Positions 1 to 13,779 of a DNA stretch of 64,000 bases are shown piece after piece (positions within the stretch are counted from its first letter, which is position 1; every line of letters starts with the position of its first letter). Position numbers and translations under genes: made by a program. Under the pieces are notes generated by a model. It searched no databases. It saw only the letters and a list, made by a program, of their open reading frames with translations, and was not told where the DNA came from. Source of the stretch: Vicugna vicugna (lineage: Eukaryota); assembly GCA_013265495.1 (NCBI GenBank), contig MU058444.1:496001-560000 (forward strand). Reading direction: 5' to 3'.

Positions 1-679
1 TTCTAGCTCCTTTGCTGGCATTTATTTATTGTTACTAATTTTCTTCCCCTTCTAGCAGGCTGATTTCTTTATTGCTGTCTGTATACTTTAAGCTAATTCA
101 GTATGGATTTAGCTATATACATGTAGAGCAAAAGGGAATAGAAATTACCTTTATACGTGAAAATGATTTGATTTATTATGAGCCCTAAATATGTACTGAT
201 TATGGAATACAGAAAGGGTGGGCAGGCTGGGTATAAGGAAATAGAATTAAGAGAGGAGAAATACTGACTTTTAAATGGTCTGAAGCAACCCGCTGAGTGA
301 GCATGTGAACTAAAGCATCTATTTTAATGTGAGAAGAGGATCATTTGAAGGAGTGACCCACAGCGTTCATTTCTCCGGGTGGAAGGCACCGCTTTTCTGG
401 AACATGCTGGCTTTCCAAATGTTCTCAAATAATTTAGAATGTGGAGCTTATATGCCCAGAATTCAGTTATTGGTATACAAATAAAATATAAAATAAAGTA
501 ATGAAAGTGCCTGTATTAGGAGGGAACTGGGATTTTCAGTTCAGTGCAGTGAAGTAACACAGTTTTAGAGTTTCCAGGTTCCATGGGGATTGTGTTCAGC
601 TCTGTCACTCTTTGGGTGGTGAACTGATGATGGGAAAGATGAAACCAACCCTCGTGACCTTGTTAATGAGTCATAATAC

Positions 680-1150
680 AATTCAACTGAGAAAGCATGT
701 ATTAAGCACCTACTGTATGCCCACCACTATAGTGGCTTCTGGGGGATGTATGTTTTATTTCTAAGGAAAATAAGAGATAGTCCTTTGTCTTAAAAAATAA
801 ATTTTATTCAGCAGGAAAACATATACATAATGTGGAGGAGCAACAGCTATTAAACATGCAGTAAATCTAGAAAACAAGTATCAGGCCATATGATTAATAT
901 AGTGTAATACAGATCATATGTAACAGTTCACTGAATTCAGTATAACAGAAATATTATTATGGGATCTGGTTAGTGAGAGAAATTATCAAAAATGTCAGGC
1001 CTGTCGGAAATGTTTAGGGTTTAGCTTAATGAAGAGGAAAGCAATTGGCATTTCAGAAATGGTAAACAATGTGACCAGATATACAGAGGATGACCCCAGT
1101 GGAGTGTATGTGGAGATGCAAGAAGACTGGCTTTATCATTGAACAGTGAC
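680..1150 (-). mobile_element. L2 fragment
   Basis: aagcatgtattaagcacctactgtatgcc tail motif followed by degenerate L2 body. Confidence 0.5.
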
Positions 1151-3535
1151 ACCAGGAATGACAATTATAGGAACAGATATATAAATAGTAATGATAATTA
1201 TAGTAACAGACATCAGCTACTTTCTGGGAGTGGAGGACTGTCTTAGCAATTACACAAACTAGTTAAAATTTAATTAAAAGGGACCATGCCAGTTAATTTT
1301 TTTTATGACCATATGAGATTTGGTAATATTATTTCCTCCTTTTTAGACACCAAGAAGCTGTAGTTCTGTGAATAACTTGCCTGGGTCACATTTTTGATAC
1401 TGGCAGAGCTGACGTTTATTTTGATTTAAGTCTACTGATTCTTGAAGCCATGTTCTTTATTACTGAGATTTATTGCTACAAAGCAATAACTCATATTAAT
1501 GATCTTTTTTAGCCTGATTTATTAATTCTCCTGAAAGAAATCATCATTGTGGAATAATGATTAGAATGATCAGTTTATATAATATTGGGGTCATTATAAA
1601 ATGTATTTTTAGAGATTAGTAAGTCCCTGTATTTTCAGCTTCGAAGCAAATGGGTTGGAGGAAATCTAACTTTTTCCTTAATTCTAAATTTGGAAATCGT
1701 GTTTATTGAGGTAAAATGAGTTGGTGGTTGTCTTTTCAGTACATACGTGTGATTATGGAATTCATTTGTGGCATATTGAAAAAAACCTGGTGATCTAAAA
1801 CATCAGTGTTCCCTGAATTTACTGACAGGCATCTCTTAAACCACGCTGCTTACGCTGCAATTATTGTGTACCTTTCTGAGAAGTGGCTTCACTCCATGGG
1901 CTTCGTCAGGTCATTTCTGTTTGTAGTTCACTCTGCTATTTCATGTTTTCTCCTGTTTTTGGAAAATCGGAAGAGGGTGAGCCCCGAGGGTTCTCTGTTA
2001 AAGTCAGGACCTTTTTATCCTAAAATCAAGTCTATTGAAGATCTGTTCCTCCCCAGCTCACTTCCCCCAATATTGAAGAATGCTTAGCGTTTGCTTAATT
2101 TTTTCAGTTTATCTTCTTTATTTCCAAGCTCATAAAATGCAAGCTTTCTGAAATGCATGATAAATATGAACATGTATGAAAAAATGAAGAATGATGATGA
2201 CTTTTTCCATTTTTATCGGTTCCTTCGAACAGAAGAAAAAAGGTTTCTTATCATGGCTAAAATTTATGATAGCTTCTGCAAAATTAGTTTCTTTTGCGAC
2301 ACGCTGTTCTTTGCCACAGTTTCTTCCTCTTCCTCCTTGCTTCTTGCTGTGATCGCTCTAGGTGAAAATCAGCCTCTAATTTTTTCAATTGCAAACTCTT
2401 ATTGGCAGGAATTATAACTTGAGTATCAAGTTCATTAAAATGGATACTGATGGATGGAATGGATAAATCTTATCTCTGTTTCTTTTGACTGCTTTTGTTT
2501 AAATTGCTAAGATTATTTTATAGACAGATGGGAGGAGAGACACAAAAGGCTTTGGGTTATCAAAGAATTTATGTGCTTTTATGGGCTGTTTCTCGTCGCA
2601 TTCCTTCCACTGCGGTGCTCATCTGAGCACAGGACTTTCTTTGAAGTGTGAAGGAGTTTCAGAGCTAGATTACTTTCACTCAGTGCCAGATCCCGGAAGG
2701 AACAAGGTCCTAGAATACAGATGGCCGTCAAATTAAAGCACGGATGCTTTAAAGATATAAGTTCAAAGTCTGGGCCCTACTGTCCTTCAATATTAAAATA
2801 AAATGGAACAACTAGATTATGCTGAGCTAAATTCAGGTATAAGGCGTATTTGATGTTCCTTTTTCATAGAGAGAATCTTAAGGTTCTATATCTGCTTATA
2901 TTAGTATGATATAATGGCCTTATTTTAATTTCAGATATGGTTTAAGAATATTTCAGATGGGTGTTTCCCTGAAGGTTGCTTCTGCGACTCTTTGATGAAC
3001 GTGTATAGTGTCTGAGACATTTTTTCCCCCTCAGGAAAGCCTGAATATCATGAAATTAATCCACGGAGTTGTGTTTGGGTTCCCAATATACTTTCCTTTA
3101 TAAAATAGTTTAAATTTTTATAAATAGCTTAAATTTTCTCCTCGTGAGTTATTGTGGTATTCCACATGGAAATTTGGGGTGGTCATTGCATCGGAACCTG
3201 ACAGGTGTTGCCCTCACTGATGACAGTCTGAAGCTCTGTGAGGGCGCCAGCAGCGTGTCTGCCCTGGTCTGAAAGCTATCTGGACACATAGCTTGTTCAG
3301 AGAACTAGTTGGGAGCTTTTTGATATTTCATGAACTTTTAGAGCTGATGTTTTATTTATAAACTCTCATTTCTTTAAGGCATCAAAACATTTCCAAATAT
3401 ATCACACTGAAAGCTCAGTGGCAACCGTCTCTATGTAACGGTCTCCGCCCCTGCTGGTCCTCTTGTGATCTGGGGAATGGCCAACGTGAAATATGCATCC
3501 ATGGGCTAAAATAGTTAATCTGAGTTCGAACAAAT

Positions 3536-4200
3536 CACTCATTCATTCAATAAATACATAATTGGGTGCTTATTATGTGCACTTTTCAAAGTTGTGAACA
3601 TGTCGAAACAAATAACATTGCAAAAATGCCTGCTAAAAAGACGTTTATATTTTATGGTGAAAGAGAAACCATGGATGATTTCCCCCCATCCCCCCAGAAG
3701 TGAATTTGCTCGTATATTAGAAGGACATGAGTGGCAGGGAGAAAAGTGTAGCAGGGTAGGAGGTGGCTGTCACAAATGTATACTGGATGCTGGAGACGGG
3801 GTTCTTTGAGAGCGTGACATCCAGTTTGGTGATGCGTCTAAAGAGAGTACAGTCAGGAACCGTTCCGAAGGCCAGAGAGAGCTGGGCGGGTACAAAGAGC
3901 AGACGGGGGAGCGAGAGTGGTGATGCTGAGGTTGTCAGGCGGAGATGCTGCTGGCAGCCGCGTCCCGTGAGGTCTCGGAGGCCACATCTGAGTCTTTGCT
4001 TTTTAATCTGAGTAAGAAAGGGAACCATGGGAGGGTTCTGAATGGCTAACAGCCACAATCTTACCTGTTCAGCTGCTGTGCTAAGAATAGATTCTAAGAG
4101 GGTGCGAGGGAAAGTAAGGCGACCTTAGGAAGCTATTGAAACAACTAGACAAGTGATGATGGTGGCTCAGGTGGCAGTGAAGGGGAGGACGATATTTCTA
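3536..4200 (-). mobile_element. L2 fragment
   Basis: cactcattcattcaataaatacataattgggtgcttattatgtgc (reverse-complement L2 tail), plus typical purine-rich L2 body (aggaagctattgaaacaactagacaagtgatgatggtggct). Confidence 0.65.
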
Positions 4201-4564
4201 ATATGGGTAAATGAATGGACATCCAGCAATCATTAAAGCTGGCCGTATGTGGGATGCTGTTAAAACAGCTGAAACGAGACATACATATCTTTTTGTTTCC
4301 TTTGTTTCTTTTTGTCCCACTGTCTTCGACCTCACCTCTTTTTAAAAATTTTTAATTTTTCCTGTTTTTTTCCATAGAATTGTTACAATTTGACTGACTG
4401 CACATATACAATATATTGCATATAAATATATATACACAATATACTTCACATTTTAAAAAGTTTACATATATGTACTGTTCACTGTTTCTAAGAATGTTTA
4501 GAGCTTTAGCTTTTTCAATTTACATAGTTATCAAAGGAATAAAGCCAACCATAAAATAAGGATT

Positions 4565-4720
4565 AATTCAAAAAGATACATACACCCCAATATTCACAGC
4601 AACATTCTTTATAATTGCCAAGATATGGAAGCATTCTAAATGCACATCAACAGACGAATGGGTGAAGAAGATGCAGCATGCATATACATGTAATGGAATA
4701 CAACTCACCCATGAGAAAGA
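4565..4720 (+). mobile_element. L1 ORF2 3' fragment
   Basis: aaagatacatacaccccaatattcacagcaacattctttataattgccaagatatggaagc...acagacgaatgggtgaagaagatg is homologous to the DTCTPMFIAALFTIA...TDDWIKKM region of the full-length L1. Confidence 0.8.
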
Positions 4721-6499
4721 AGTTTTGACCCAAACTCTTCCACAAAGTTCTTGGCACCTTTCTGGGGCTTCAAGATTTTCCACGATTATCCCATCCTTGC
4801 TGTCTGTCACTTCCGTCTCTCTCCTAACCAGTTCTGTGCCCTGTTCCCTTGGCTTCTCTCCAGCTAGCCTTTCTGAACTGATCTCAGCAAATGGTTCACA
4901 CTCCGGTGTCACAGATCGACAGAAGCTTCTTTTTCACGCCCTGGAGAGTATGTGCATTTTAGCCGAGGAGGGCTTAATGCAGTTGAACTCAAGGAAGAGA
5001 CTTTTCAAAAGAAAAAGAAAGCAGTGCTTCAAGCTCATGAGTTCAAACCTTGGAAGTTTCCATCACTGAAGGAAGATGAGTTTAGGAACCTAGCATATTG
5101 GAAAAGTCTTCAGGGAATGCCTGGAAATGAGGAAGAGGGTCTCCAATCAGCCAGGTTCCTCTAAGAGTTGAACAGCAGATGAGGGACCAAAATTTTCTTC
5201 ATGAACTCTGAATCTTATTACGATTTTCAGTTAAGTACTTCAATTTGAGTCAACAAATGTTTGCTGAACATTTGTTCTTTGCCAGGTTGGTTTTAGGTGT
5301 TGTTAATAATATAAAATCTCTCCTCTAAAACACCTGTCAGGCTAATAGGGGTGGCAAAGTCTCATAATACAAGGACATACATGCTGTATGTTTAGAGTGC
5401 TGGAAACATGAGAAGATAAATGAGCCGTGGACAGGGACCTGGGAAGACTTGTTCAGGGAAGTTTTCTTTGGAGCTCTCATCCCCTTGGCCAGTTGGTTGC
5501 CCCTGCACCTGCGCTGGTAATCAGGGTCATTCTAGAGGCTGTGCCCTGCCAGTCATCCAGGTGCAAGGCGGGTGGCTGGGCAACCTTCTGTGGATGGGAT
5601 GAGGGCTTGGCTTGAGCTTCCATCTCTGGGAGACTTTGACTCGGGTGGTGTAGACATGATCCCAGAGGAGCAGGAAGCGTGCGTCTGGAGGGATGCTTTC
5701 CTCCGTGCCCGTGGATGCTTCTAGAAGGAGAAGCCGGGCAGGTGGTGGGACGCTCTTCACCAGGGTCTCCTTGTTGTTCGTTTAATCTCAGGTCCTGTCA
5801 TTCACCTGTGTTGAAAGTATAGCCATGAGTTCAAATTCCTGTTGCTCAAGGCAAATAGTATCATTTGTTCTGAGATCTCATAGGTCTTTATTTCTAGAGT
5901 CTGTGGTGGAATTTCAGGCATCAGCCGTGGGGGACACGATAGCGGTGGGAAATATCTTCTGAAGAGGATGGCTTTGCTCTTGTTATTCCTACACTTACAC
6001 CCAGGATTTACGTTGCAATATCTAGCATTGCCCATAAATAGAGTTGGCTCTGATCAACTTACGTGCAAAATGCCTTTTCCTTTTTTAAGCCTGAATTTTT
6101 CCTGCACTGGTAAGAAGTGTTTATTGAATGATGACTGAAAGTATAGATTGCAAACTGGAGTGATGACAATAGTTCTCATTGATTTTTTTTTTTTTTTTTG
6201 CCGGATGCAGTCAGGCTGGTCATTTCTGTGATTAGCTGTTGGTGATTCCAGCCTGTAATATTACAGTCTGTTATTCAAGTTATAATTATCTTGACTACAG
6301 TTATTTGCAATTTTAAACCAGGGGTGGGAAACCAGTGAATTTGGTTTAATACTGGGAAGGCTGGAAATACTGAAGAAGAAATATATTCCAAATTAGAATA
6401 TTGTTAAGATAACCCAGAGGAGATATACCAAACACAAAAAAATGTCTCTTATGGTAATAAGAATGATTTTCAGATTGGAAAGGAGAGGCCACATATGTC

Positions 6500-6800
6500 T
6501 GAGAGATGCATAAATACTAAGATAGATGAGGAACTAGAAAAGACATTGAGTTGCCCTAAATAAATTTATATCCCCTAGTCTAGATAAATTGTATCTCAAA
6601 AAATGGATGAAATTTCTAATTCTATTGCAAAACTCTTGTAAATGAAGGGAAATAAGAGATTTACCAGGAAAAAGAAGCAAGCTGTGTGTTCCATTTTTCA
6701 CACACACAAAAAAGGTAAATTCTGAAAATTACGTCCTATCTTCTTAGTTTGTGAATGTTTGTAAAAACAGTTATAACGGGAAGTCAGGCATTTTCTTCAG
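6500..6800 (+). mobile_element. L3/CR1 relic (5' part)
   Basis: cccctagtctagataaattgtatctcaaa...ccatttttcac...aaggtaaattctgaaaattacgtcc resembles the CR1 region GPD-LHPR...PIFKKG...NYRP. Confidence 0.5.
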
Positions 6801-6959
6801 CAGTAGACATTTATTGAAAGCATTTCAGGTTCTAGCTTTTGTGATGTCTTTCACAATATGAACAAGGAGAGCTAGTCCAGGTGTAGTGATGTGTTTCTAT
6901 GAATTCACTTTGGATGCTTAATCCAAAGCATCGTTGAGATTGCTCTGTCTCATCCCCCA

Positions 6960-7146
6960 TTTCAATTTTCTGCATGTTATTTATCTCTCTATGATTTTTC
7001 TTTTCCTTTCTCATGTATTTGTTTGTTTATTGTTTGTCTCAGTTTATTAAGATGTAAACTCTAGAGAGTAAAGTTGTCTTGTTTACTGTGGAATCTCCAA
7101 TACTTAGAGCAATGTGTGTTACAAAACAGACACTCTACAATATTTT
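6960..7146 (+). mobile_element. L2 3' end interrupted by the full-length L1 (resumes at 13728-13755)
   Basis: aagatgtaaactctagagag...gtttactgtggaatctccaatacttagagcaatg...cactc, then the L1, then aataatattttgctgaaggaat. Confidence 0.7.
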
Positions 7147-7449
7147 TTTCAAATTTTTTTATTGAGTCATAGTCATCTTATAATGTTGTGTCAGATTCCA
7201 GTGTAGAGCATAATTTTTCAGTTATACATGAACATACATCTTTCATTGTCACATGTTTTTTTCACTCTGAGCTACCACAGGATCTTGTATATATTTCCCT
7301 GTGCTATACAGTATAATCTTGTTTTATCTATTCTACATTTTGAAATCGTAGTCTGTCCCTTCCCACCTCCCTCCCCCTTGGCAACCACAAGTTTGTATTC
7401 TATGTCTGAGTCTGTTTCTGTTTTGTATTTATGTTTTTTTTTTTTTAAG

Positions 7450-10400
7450 ATTCCACATATGAGCGATCTCATGTGGTATTTTTCTGTCTCTTTCTGGCTT
7501 ACTTCACTTAGAATGACATTCTCCAGGGACATCCATGTTGCTGCAAATGGCGATATGTTGCTGGTTTTTGTGGCTGAATAGTATTCCATTGTAGAAATAT
7601 ACCCCATCTTCTTTATCCAGTCATCTGTTGATGGACATTTAGGCTTTTTCCATGTGTTGGCTATTGTAAATAGTGCTGCTATGAACATTGGGGTGCAGGT
7701 GTCATCCTGAAGTAGGGTTCCTTCTGGATATATGTCCAGGAGCGGGATTCCTGGGTCATACGGTAAGTCTATTCCTAGTCTTTTGAGGAATCTCCACACT
7801 GTTTTCCACAGTGGCTGCACCAAACTGTATTCCCACCAGCAGTGTAGGAGGGTTCCCTTTTCTCCACAGCCTCTCCAGCGTTTGTCATTTGTGGACTTTT
7901 GAATGATGGCCATTCTGACTGATGTGAATTGTAGTTTTGATTTGCATTTCTCTGATAATTATTGATATTGAACATTTTTTCATGTGCTTTTTGATCATTT
8001 GTATGTCTTCCTTGGAGAATTGCTTGTTTAGATCTTCTGCCCATTTTTGGATTGGGTTGTTTGTTTCTTTCTTGTTAAGTTGTATGAGCTGCTTATATAT
8101 TCTGGAGATCAAGCCTTTATCGGTTTCAAAATTTTCTCCCATTCCGTAGGTTGTCGTTTGTTTTACTTATGGTTTCCTCTGCTGTGCAGAAGCTTGTAAG
8201 TTTCATTAGGTCCCATTTGTTTATTCTTGCTTTTATTTTTATTGCTTGGGTAGACTGCCCTAGGAGAGCATTTTTGAGATGTATGTCAGATAATGTTTTG
8301 CCTATATTTTCTTCTAGGAGGTTTATTGTATCTTGTCTTATGTTTAAGTCTTTGATCCATTTTGAGTTGATTTTTGGGTATGGTGTAAAGGAGTGTTCTA
8401 GCTTCTTTGATTTCCATGCTGCTGTCCAGTTTTCCTGGCACCATTTGCTGAAGAGACTGTGTTTATTCCACTGTATATTCTTGCCTCCTTTGTCGAAGAT
8501 GAGTTGACCAAAAGTTTGTGGGTTCATTTCTGGGCGCTCTATTCTGTTCCATTGGTCCATATGTCTGTTTCTGTACCAATACCATGCTGTCTTGATGACT
8601 GTAGCTCTGTAGTATTGTCAGAAGTTTGGGAGAGTTATTCCTCCAGCCTCTTTCTTTTTCTTCAGTAATGCTTTGGCAATTCTAGGTCTTTTGTGGTTCC
8701 ATATAAATTTTATTATGATTTGTTCTAGTTCTGTGAAATATGTCCTGGGTAATTGGATAGGGATTGCATTAAAACTGTAGATTGCCTTGGGCAGTGTGAC
8801 CATTTTAACAATATTGATTCTTCCAATCCAGAAGCATGGGATATCTTTCCATTTTTTTTAAGTCTTCTTTAATTTCCTTAATCAGTGTTTTATAGTTTTC
8901 CGTGTATAAGTCTTTCACCTCCTTGGTTGGATTTATTCCTAGGTATTTTATTACTTTGGGTGCTATTTTAAAGGGGATTGTTTCTTTACTTTCTTTTTCT
9001 GTTGATTCATCATTAGTGTAAAGAAATGCAGCTGATTTTTGAACGTTAATCTTGTAGCCTGCTACCTTGCTGAATTCTTCAATTATTTCTAGTAGATTTT
9101 GTGTGGACCTTTTAGGGTTTCCTATATATAGTATCACGTCGTCAGCATATAGTGACACTTTTACCTCTTCTTTTCCAATTTGGATCCCTTTTATTTCTCT
9201 CTTGCCTGATTGCTGTGGCTAGGACTTCCAAGACTATGTTGAATAGGAGTGGTGAGAGTGGGCAGCCTTGTCTTGTCCCAGATTTTAGTGGGAAGCTTTT
9301 GACTTTTTCACCGTTGAGTACTATGCTGGCTGTAGGTTTGTCAGATATAGTTTTTATTATGTTGAGATATGTTCCCTCCCCACTTCGGTGAGAGTTTTTA
9401 TCATAAATGGGTGTTGAATTTTATCAAATGCTTTTTCACATCAATTGAGATGATCATGTGGTTTTTGTCCTTTCTCTTGTTGATGTGATCTATTACATTG
9501 ATTGATTTGCATATGTTGAACCACCCTTGTGTCCCTGGGATGAACCCCACTTGGTCATGAAGTATAATCTTTTTTATGTGCTGTTGGATTCTATTTGCTA
9601 ATATTTTGGTAAGGATTTTTGCATCTGTGTTCATCAATGATATTGGTCTGTAATTCTCTTTTTTGGTGGTGTCTTTGCCAGGTTTTGGTATCAGGGTGAT
9701 GGTGGCTTCATAGAATGAGTTTGAGAGTATTCCCTCCTTTTCAATCTTCTGGAAGAGTTTGAGAAGGACTGGCATGAGTTCTTCTTTGTATGTGTGGTAG
9801 AATTCCCTGGTGAAGCCATCTGGTCCTGGACGTTTATTTGTAGGGAGTTTTTTTATTGCTAATTCGATTTCATTTCTAGTGATCGGTTTGTTCAAGTGGT
9901 CAGTTTCTTCTTGATTCAGTCTTGGTGGACTGTATGTTTTCAGAAACTTGTCCATCTCCTCTAGGTTATCCATTTTGGTTCCATATAGTTTTTCATAATA
10001 TCCTAATATGATATCTGTATTTCTATGTTATTTGTTGTAATTTCTCCATTTTCCTTTCTTATTTTGCTCATTTGTGCTCTTTTTTCTTCTTTGTGAGTTT
10101 GGTCAGAGGTTTGTTGATTTTGTTTACTCTTTCAAAAACCAAGCTTTTGATTTGATTGATTTTTTCTATTGTTTTTTTAATTTCTATTTTATTTATTTCC
10201 TTCCTGATCTTTATTATTTCCTTCCTTCTGCTGACTTTTGGGTTTTTTGCTCTTCTTTTTCTAATCCTTTAGCTGGTGGGTTAGATTATTTGAGATTGTT
10301 CTTTTTTGAGGAAGGCCTATATCGCTATAAACTTCCCTCTTAGCACTGCCTTCGCTACACCTCATAAATTTTGTGTGGTTGTGTTTTCATTTTCATTTGT

Positions 10401-11221
10401 CTCAAGGTATTTTTTAATTTCAACTTTGATTTCCTCATTGACCCATTGGTTTTTTAATAGCATGTTGTTTAATCTCTATGCTTCCTTTTTTTCTCCTTTG
10501 TTTCTCTGTAGTTGATTTCTAGTTTCATGGCACTGTGGTCAGTAAAGATGCTTGAGATAACTTCTATCTTCTTAAAATTGTTGAGGCTTCTTTTGTGCCC
10601 AAGTACATGATCAATCCTAGAAAATGTTCCATGTGCACTTGAAAAGAATGTATGTCATATTTTTGGGGGGTTAATGCTCTGAAAATATCCACCAAATCTG
10701 ATTTTTCTATTGTATCATTTAATTTCTCTGTTGCCTTATTTATTTTCCGTCTGGAAGATCTGTCTAGTGAAGTTAATGTGGTGTTAAAATCTCTGACAAT
10801 GATTGTATTCCCATCAATTTCCCCCTTTATCTCTGTTAGTAATTATTTTATGTACTTAGGTGCTCCTGTATTGGGTGCATATATATTAATGATTGTAATA
10901 TCCTCATCTTGTATTACTCCTTTAATCTTTATAAAAATGTCCTTCTTTATCTCTCTTTATGGCCTTTGTTTTGAAGTCTATTTTGTCTGAAATCAGTACT
11001 GCTACATCTGCTTTTTTGGCTTTTCCATTTGCATGGAATATCCTTTTCCATCCTTTCACTCTCAATCTATATGTGTCCTTCTCCCTAAAGTGGGTCTCTT
11101 GTATGCAGCATACTGAAGGTTCTTGCTTTATTATCAAGTCTGCCACTCTGTGTCTTTTGATTGGAGCATTTAGTCCATTAACATTTACAGTAATTAATGA
11201 TAAATGTGTGTTTATTGCCAT
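7450..11221 (-). pseudogene. L1 ORF2 (endonuclease / reverse transcriptase), multiple stops and frameshifts
   Basis: Fragments: MAINTHLSLITVNVNGLNAPIKR...CCIQETH (EN), RPGPDGFT...KENYRPISL (RT), [13 protein letters not shown], and PFAATWMSLE. Confidence 0.95.
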
Positions 11222-11599
11222 TTTGAACTTATTTTTGCAGTTGATTTGGTATTTCCTCTTTGTTCCTTTCTTCTTCCTTTTGTGGTTTGGTAATTTTCCT
11301 TTGTATTATCTTGGATTTTATTTAGTTTTTGTGACTCAATTGTAAGTTTTTGGCTTGTGGTTACCCTTTTTTGTAAGTCTGTTAACACATTAGTATAACT
11401 GTTTGTATTAAATAGATATTAATATAATCTCAAATCCATCCTACTGAGAACAAAAAATTTAAAAAAGAAAAAAAAAACTCTACATTTTCTTGCGTCCCTC
11501 TCCCACTTTTAAAGATTTAGATGTCTTCTTTTACAATTCTGTGTTTATTCTATTTGTAATTCATGGTGGTTATCACCTTTCTAGTTATGAGTTTCTTAT

Positions 11600-12518
11600 T
11601 TTTGTAGCATCCTGCTTCTTTTCTTTTTAGAGTAGACCTGTCACTATTTCTTTTAGCATGGGTTTAGTGTTGCTAAACTCTTAGTTTTTACTTGTCTGTG
11701 AAATTCTTTATCTCTCATTTTGTTTTAAAGGATGGCCTTGCCTGATAAGCTATTCTAGGCTGCATCTTTTTTTCATTCAGGACTTTGAACATATCTTGCC
11801 ACTCCCTTCTGGCCTGTAGTGTTTGTGTAGAGAAATCAGCTGAGAGCCTTATGGGGGTTCCCTTGTTACTCACTCTTTGTTTTTCCCTTGCTGCCTTTAG
11901 GATCATTTCTTTATCCTTGACTCTGGCCATCTTGATTATGATGTGTCTTCGTGTGGGTCTGTTTGGGTGCTTCCTGTTTGGGATCCTCTGAGCTTCCTGT
12001 ATTTGGATATCTGATTCCTTCCTTAGGTTTGGGAAGTTTTCAGTCATGATTTCTTCAAATACCTTTTCAATCCCCTTTGTTCTTTCTTCCCCTTCTGGAA
12101 CCCCTATTATGCGTAGATTGGCATGCTTTATATTGTCCCATAGGTCCCTTATATTGTTTTCATTGTTTTTTATTTGTTTTTCTCTCAGCTGTTCTGACTG
12201 GGTGCTTTCTGTTGTCCTGTCTTCTAGGTCACTTATTCGTTCCTCTGCATTATCTAGCCTGCTTTGTACAGCCTTTAGATCAGCTCTCATCTCAGCAAAT
12301 GAGTTTACTAATTCTACTTGGCTCTCCGTTATAGCTTCAATTTCATTTTTAACATATTTTATATATCTAAACACTATCTCTTTTAGTTCCTTCAGTACTT
12401 AGATTACTCTTTTTTTGAAATCTTGATCTAGTAGGCCATCAATGTCTATTTCCTTGATTGTGCTTTCAGGGGATTTCTCTTCATCTTTTAATTGGAAGTG
12501 GTTCCTCTGCTTCTTCAT
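11600..12518 (-). pseudogene. L1 ORF1 (disrupted)
   Basis: ATG at 12518 gives MKKQRNHFQLKDEEKSPE, with a premature TAA at codon 40 (12401-12399). It continues in frame as ORF 11715..12374 (RLDNAEERISDLED...ANLRIIGVPEGEE...ARREW), with further stops. The 3' end is approximate. Confidence 0.9.
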
Positions 12519-13705
12519 ATTGCTCATATCTCTGGCACTGTGGCTTAAGGAGTATCAGTTATCTAGTTCTCCTGGAGACACTGTGCTCTTAATGATTTTA
12601 TTGAGAGGTCTTTGTGTCTTCACCCTGTTTCGCGAACTCAGCTTGCTGTTTCCAGAGGCCTTGTGTTGGCGCCCTCTTCTGTGCCGCTCCCAGTGGCTGT
12701 CGGCTATCAGATTGTGCCCCCTCCCAACACTGGGTCAGGTGCTGCTCTCCTTCGTGATGGGTGGGTGGGTCACTGCCCCTCCTGATTCCGCAGTCAGATG
12801 CTGTGTTTGTGGGGGAGGTAGCGGGTGGATCGCGCCGCGCCCCCTCGTAGCACCGTGGTCAGGTGCTGTGTTCCTGCCAGGAAGGCTGGTGGGCACCTGT
12901 CCACCCCCAATGCTGGTTGCTCTGCTGCTCTGTGCAGCTGCCTGCTCCACCTCAGGTGGGCACTCCAAAGGCGGGTTTGGGGAAGACCACAGAACTGCCC
13001 TGCCACAGCTCCATTCCAAAACTCAGCTCCTTGTTTGTCTTGGTGGCATGAGTTCTCTGAGGTACCAGGGCAGAAAGATCCCATCTGCCTCAGGCTGTAA
13101 ACAAGTTTCAGTCCTGCCCAGAAGGTTGCGGAGCCCCCGGGTGCGGATCCAGGTCTCAGCCTCACCCTCGCCGGGGTGCTGTGCACAGGAGGAGATGGCG
13201 GCTATGGCTGTGCCTCGCCTCTCTTCTCGCAAGAGGACTCCCCCTGCAGTCACACAGGGCTGCCTCAGTGCAGCCGTCCCCGTCCTCTATCCGGCTCTAG
13301 CGGCCTGTCCCGGCCCCACCTGCTGACTTGCATCTAGGGCTGGGTGTCGCGGGGACCCTTTGTGCCCGTTTAACTTGGTTCTGTCAGTCAAGGGGTGCTT
13401 GGGGCAGATCCGAGCCTTGGAGTCTCCCCCTCCATCCCGCTGGCATCTCTGTTGGAGACGGGGAGACCCAGCGAATGAGTGCCAGTCCTCCTTTGCCGCT
13501 CCCTGTCTGCAGGACTGGTCCCACACTGTTTTCCTTTTTCTTCTTTCTTTTTTCCTTTTCTTCTGCCAGATTCGTGGCATCGTTGTCTTTTGAAGAGGGT
13601 GATGTTCCATTGGAGTTCAGCAGGTGCTCTGGTTGGCTGGGTGGGTTCATGGATGTGAGTTTTGATGTATTTGTGGGAGAGGTGGGCTACGAGCCTCCTT
13701 CTACT

Positions 13706-13727
13706 CCGCCATTTTGGCCCCTTCCGG
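13706..13727 (-). promoter_or_regulatory. YY1-type motif (CAAAATGGCGG) plus ETS-like CCGGAAG at the L1 5' terminus
   Basis: The + strand reads ccgccattttgg...ccttccgg. A YY1 site near the 5' end is typical of L1 internal promoters and supports an intact 5' end. Confidence 0.65.
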
Positions 13728-13779
13728 CACTCAATAATATTTTGCTGAAGGAATCCACTAGTTGAACTGCCGTATCCAA

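Larger units (their letters stand above)
7147..13727 (-). mobile_element. Full-length (~6.6 kb) LINE-1, inactive
   Basis: In minus-strand order: GC/CpG-rich 5'UTR, ORF1, spacer, ORF2 fragments (EN, RT with YADD, C-terminal), 3'UTR, AATAAA and a short A tail. Degenerate 16-bp TSD: cactctacaatatttt (7131-7146) and cactcaataatatttt (13728-13743). Confidence 0.96.

Noticed and set aside
7228..12402. Many + strand hydrophobic ORFs
   Set aside because: These are antisense shadows of the A-rich L1 ORFs, not genes.
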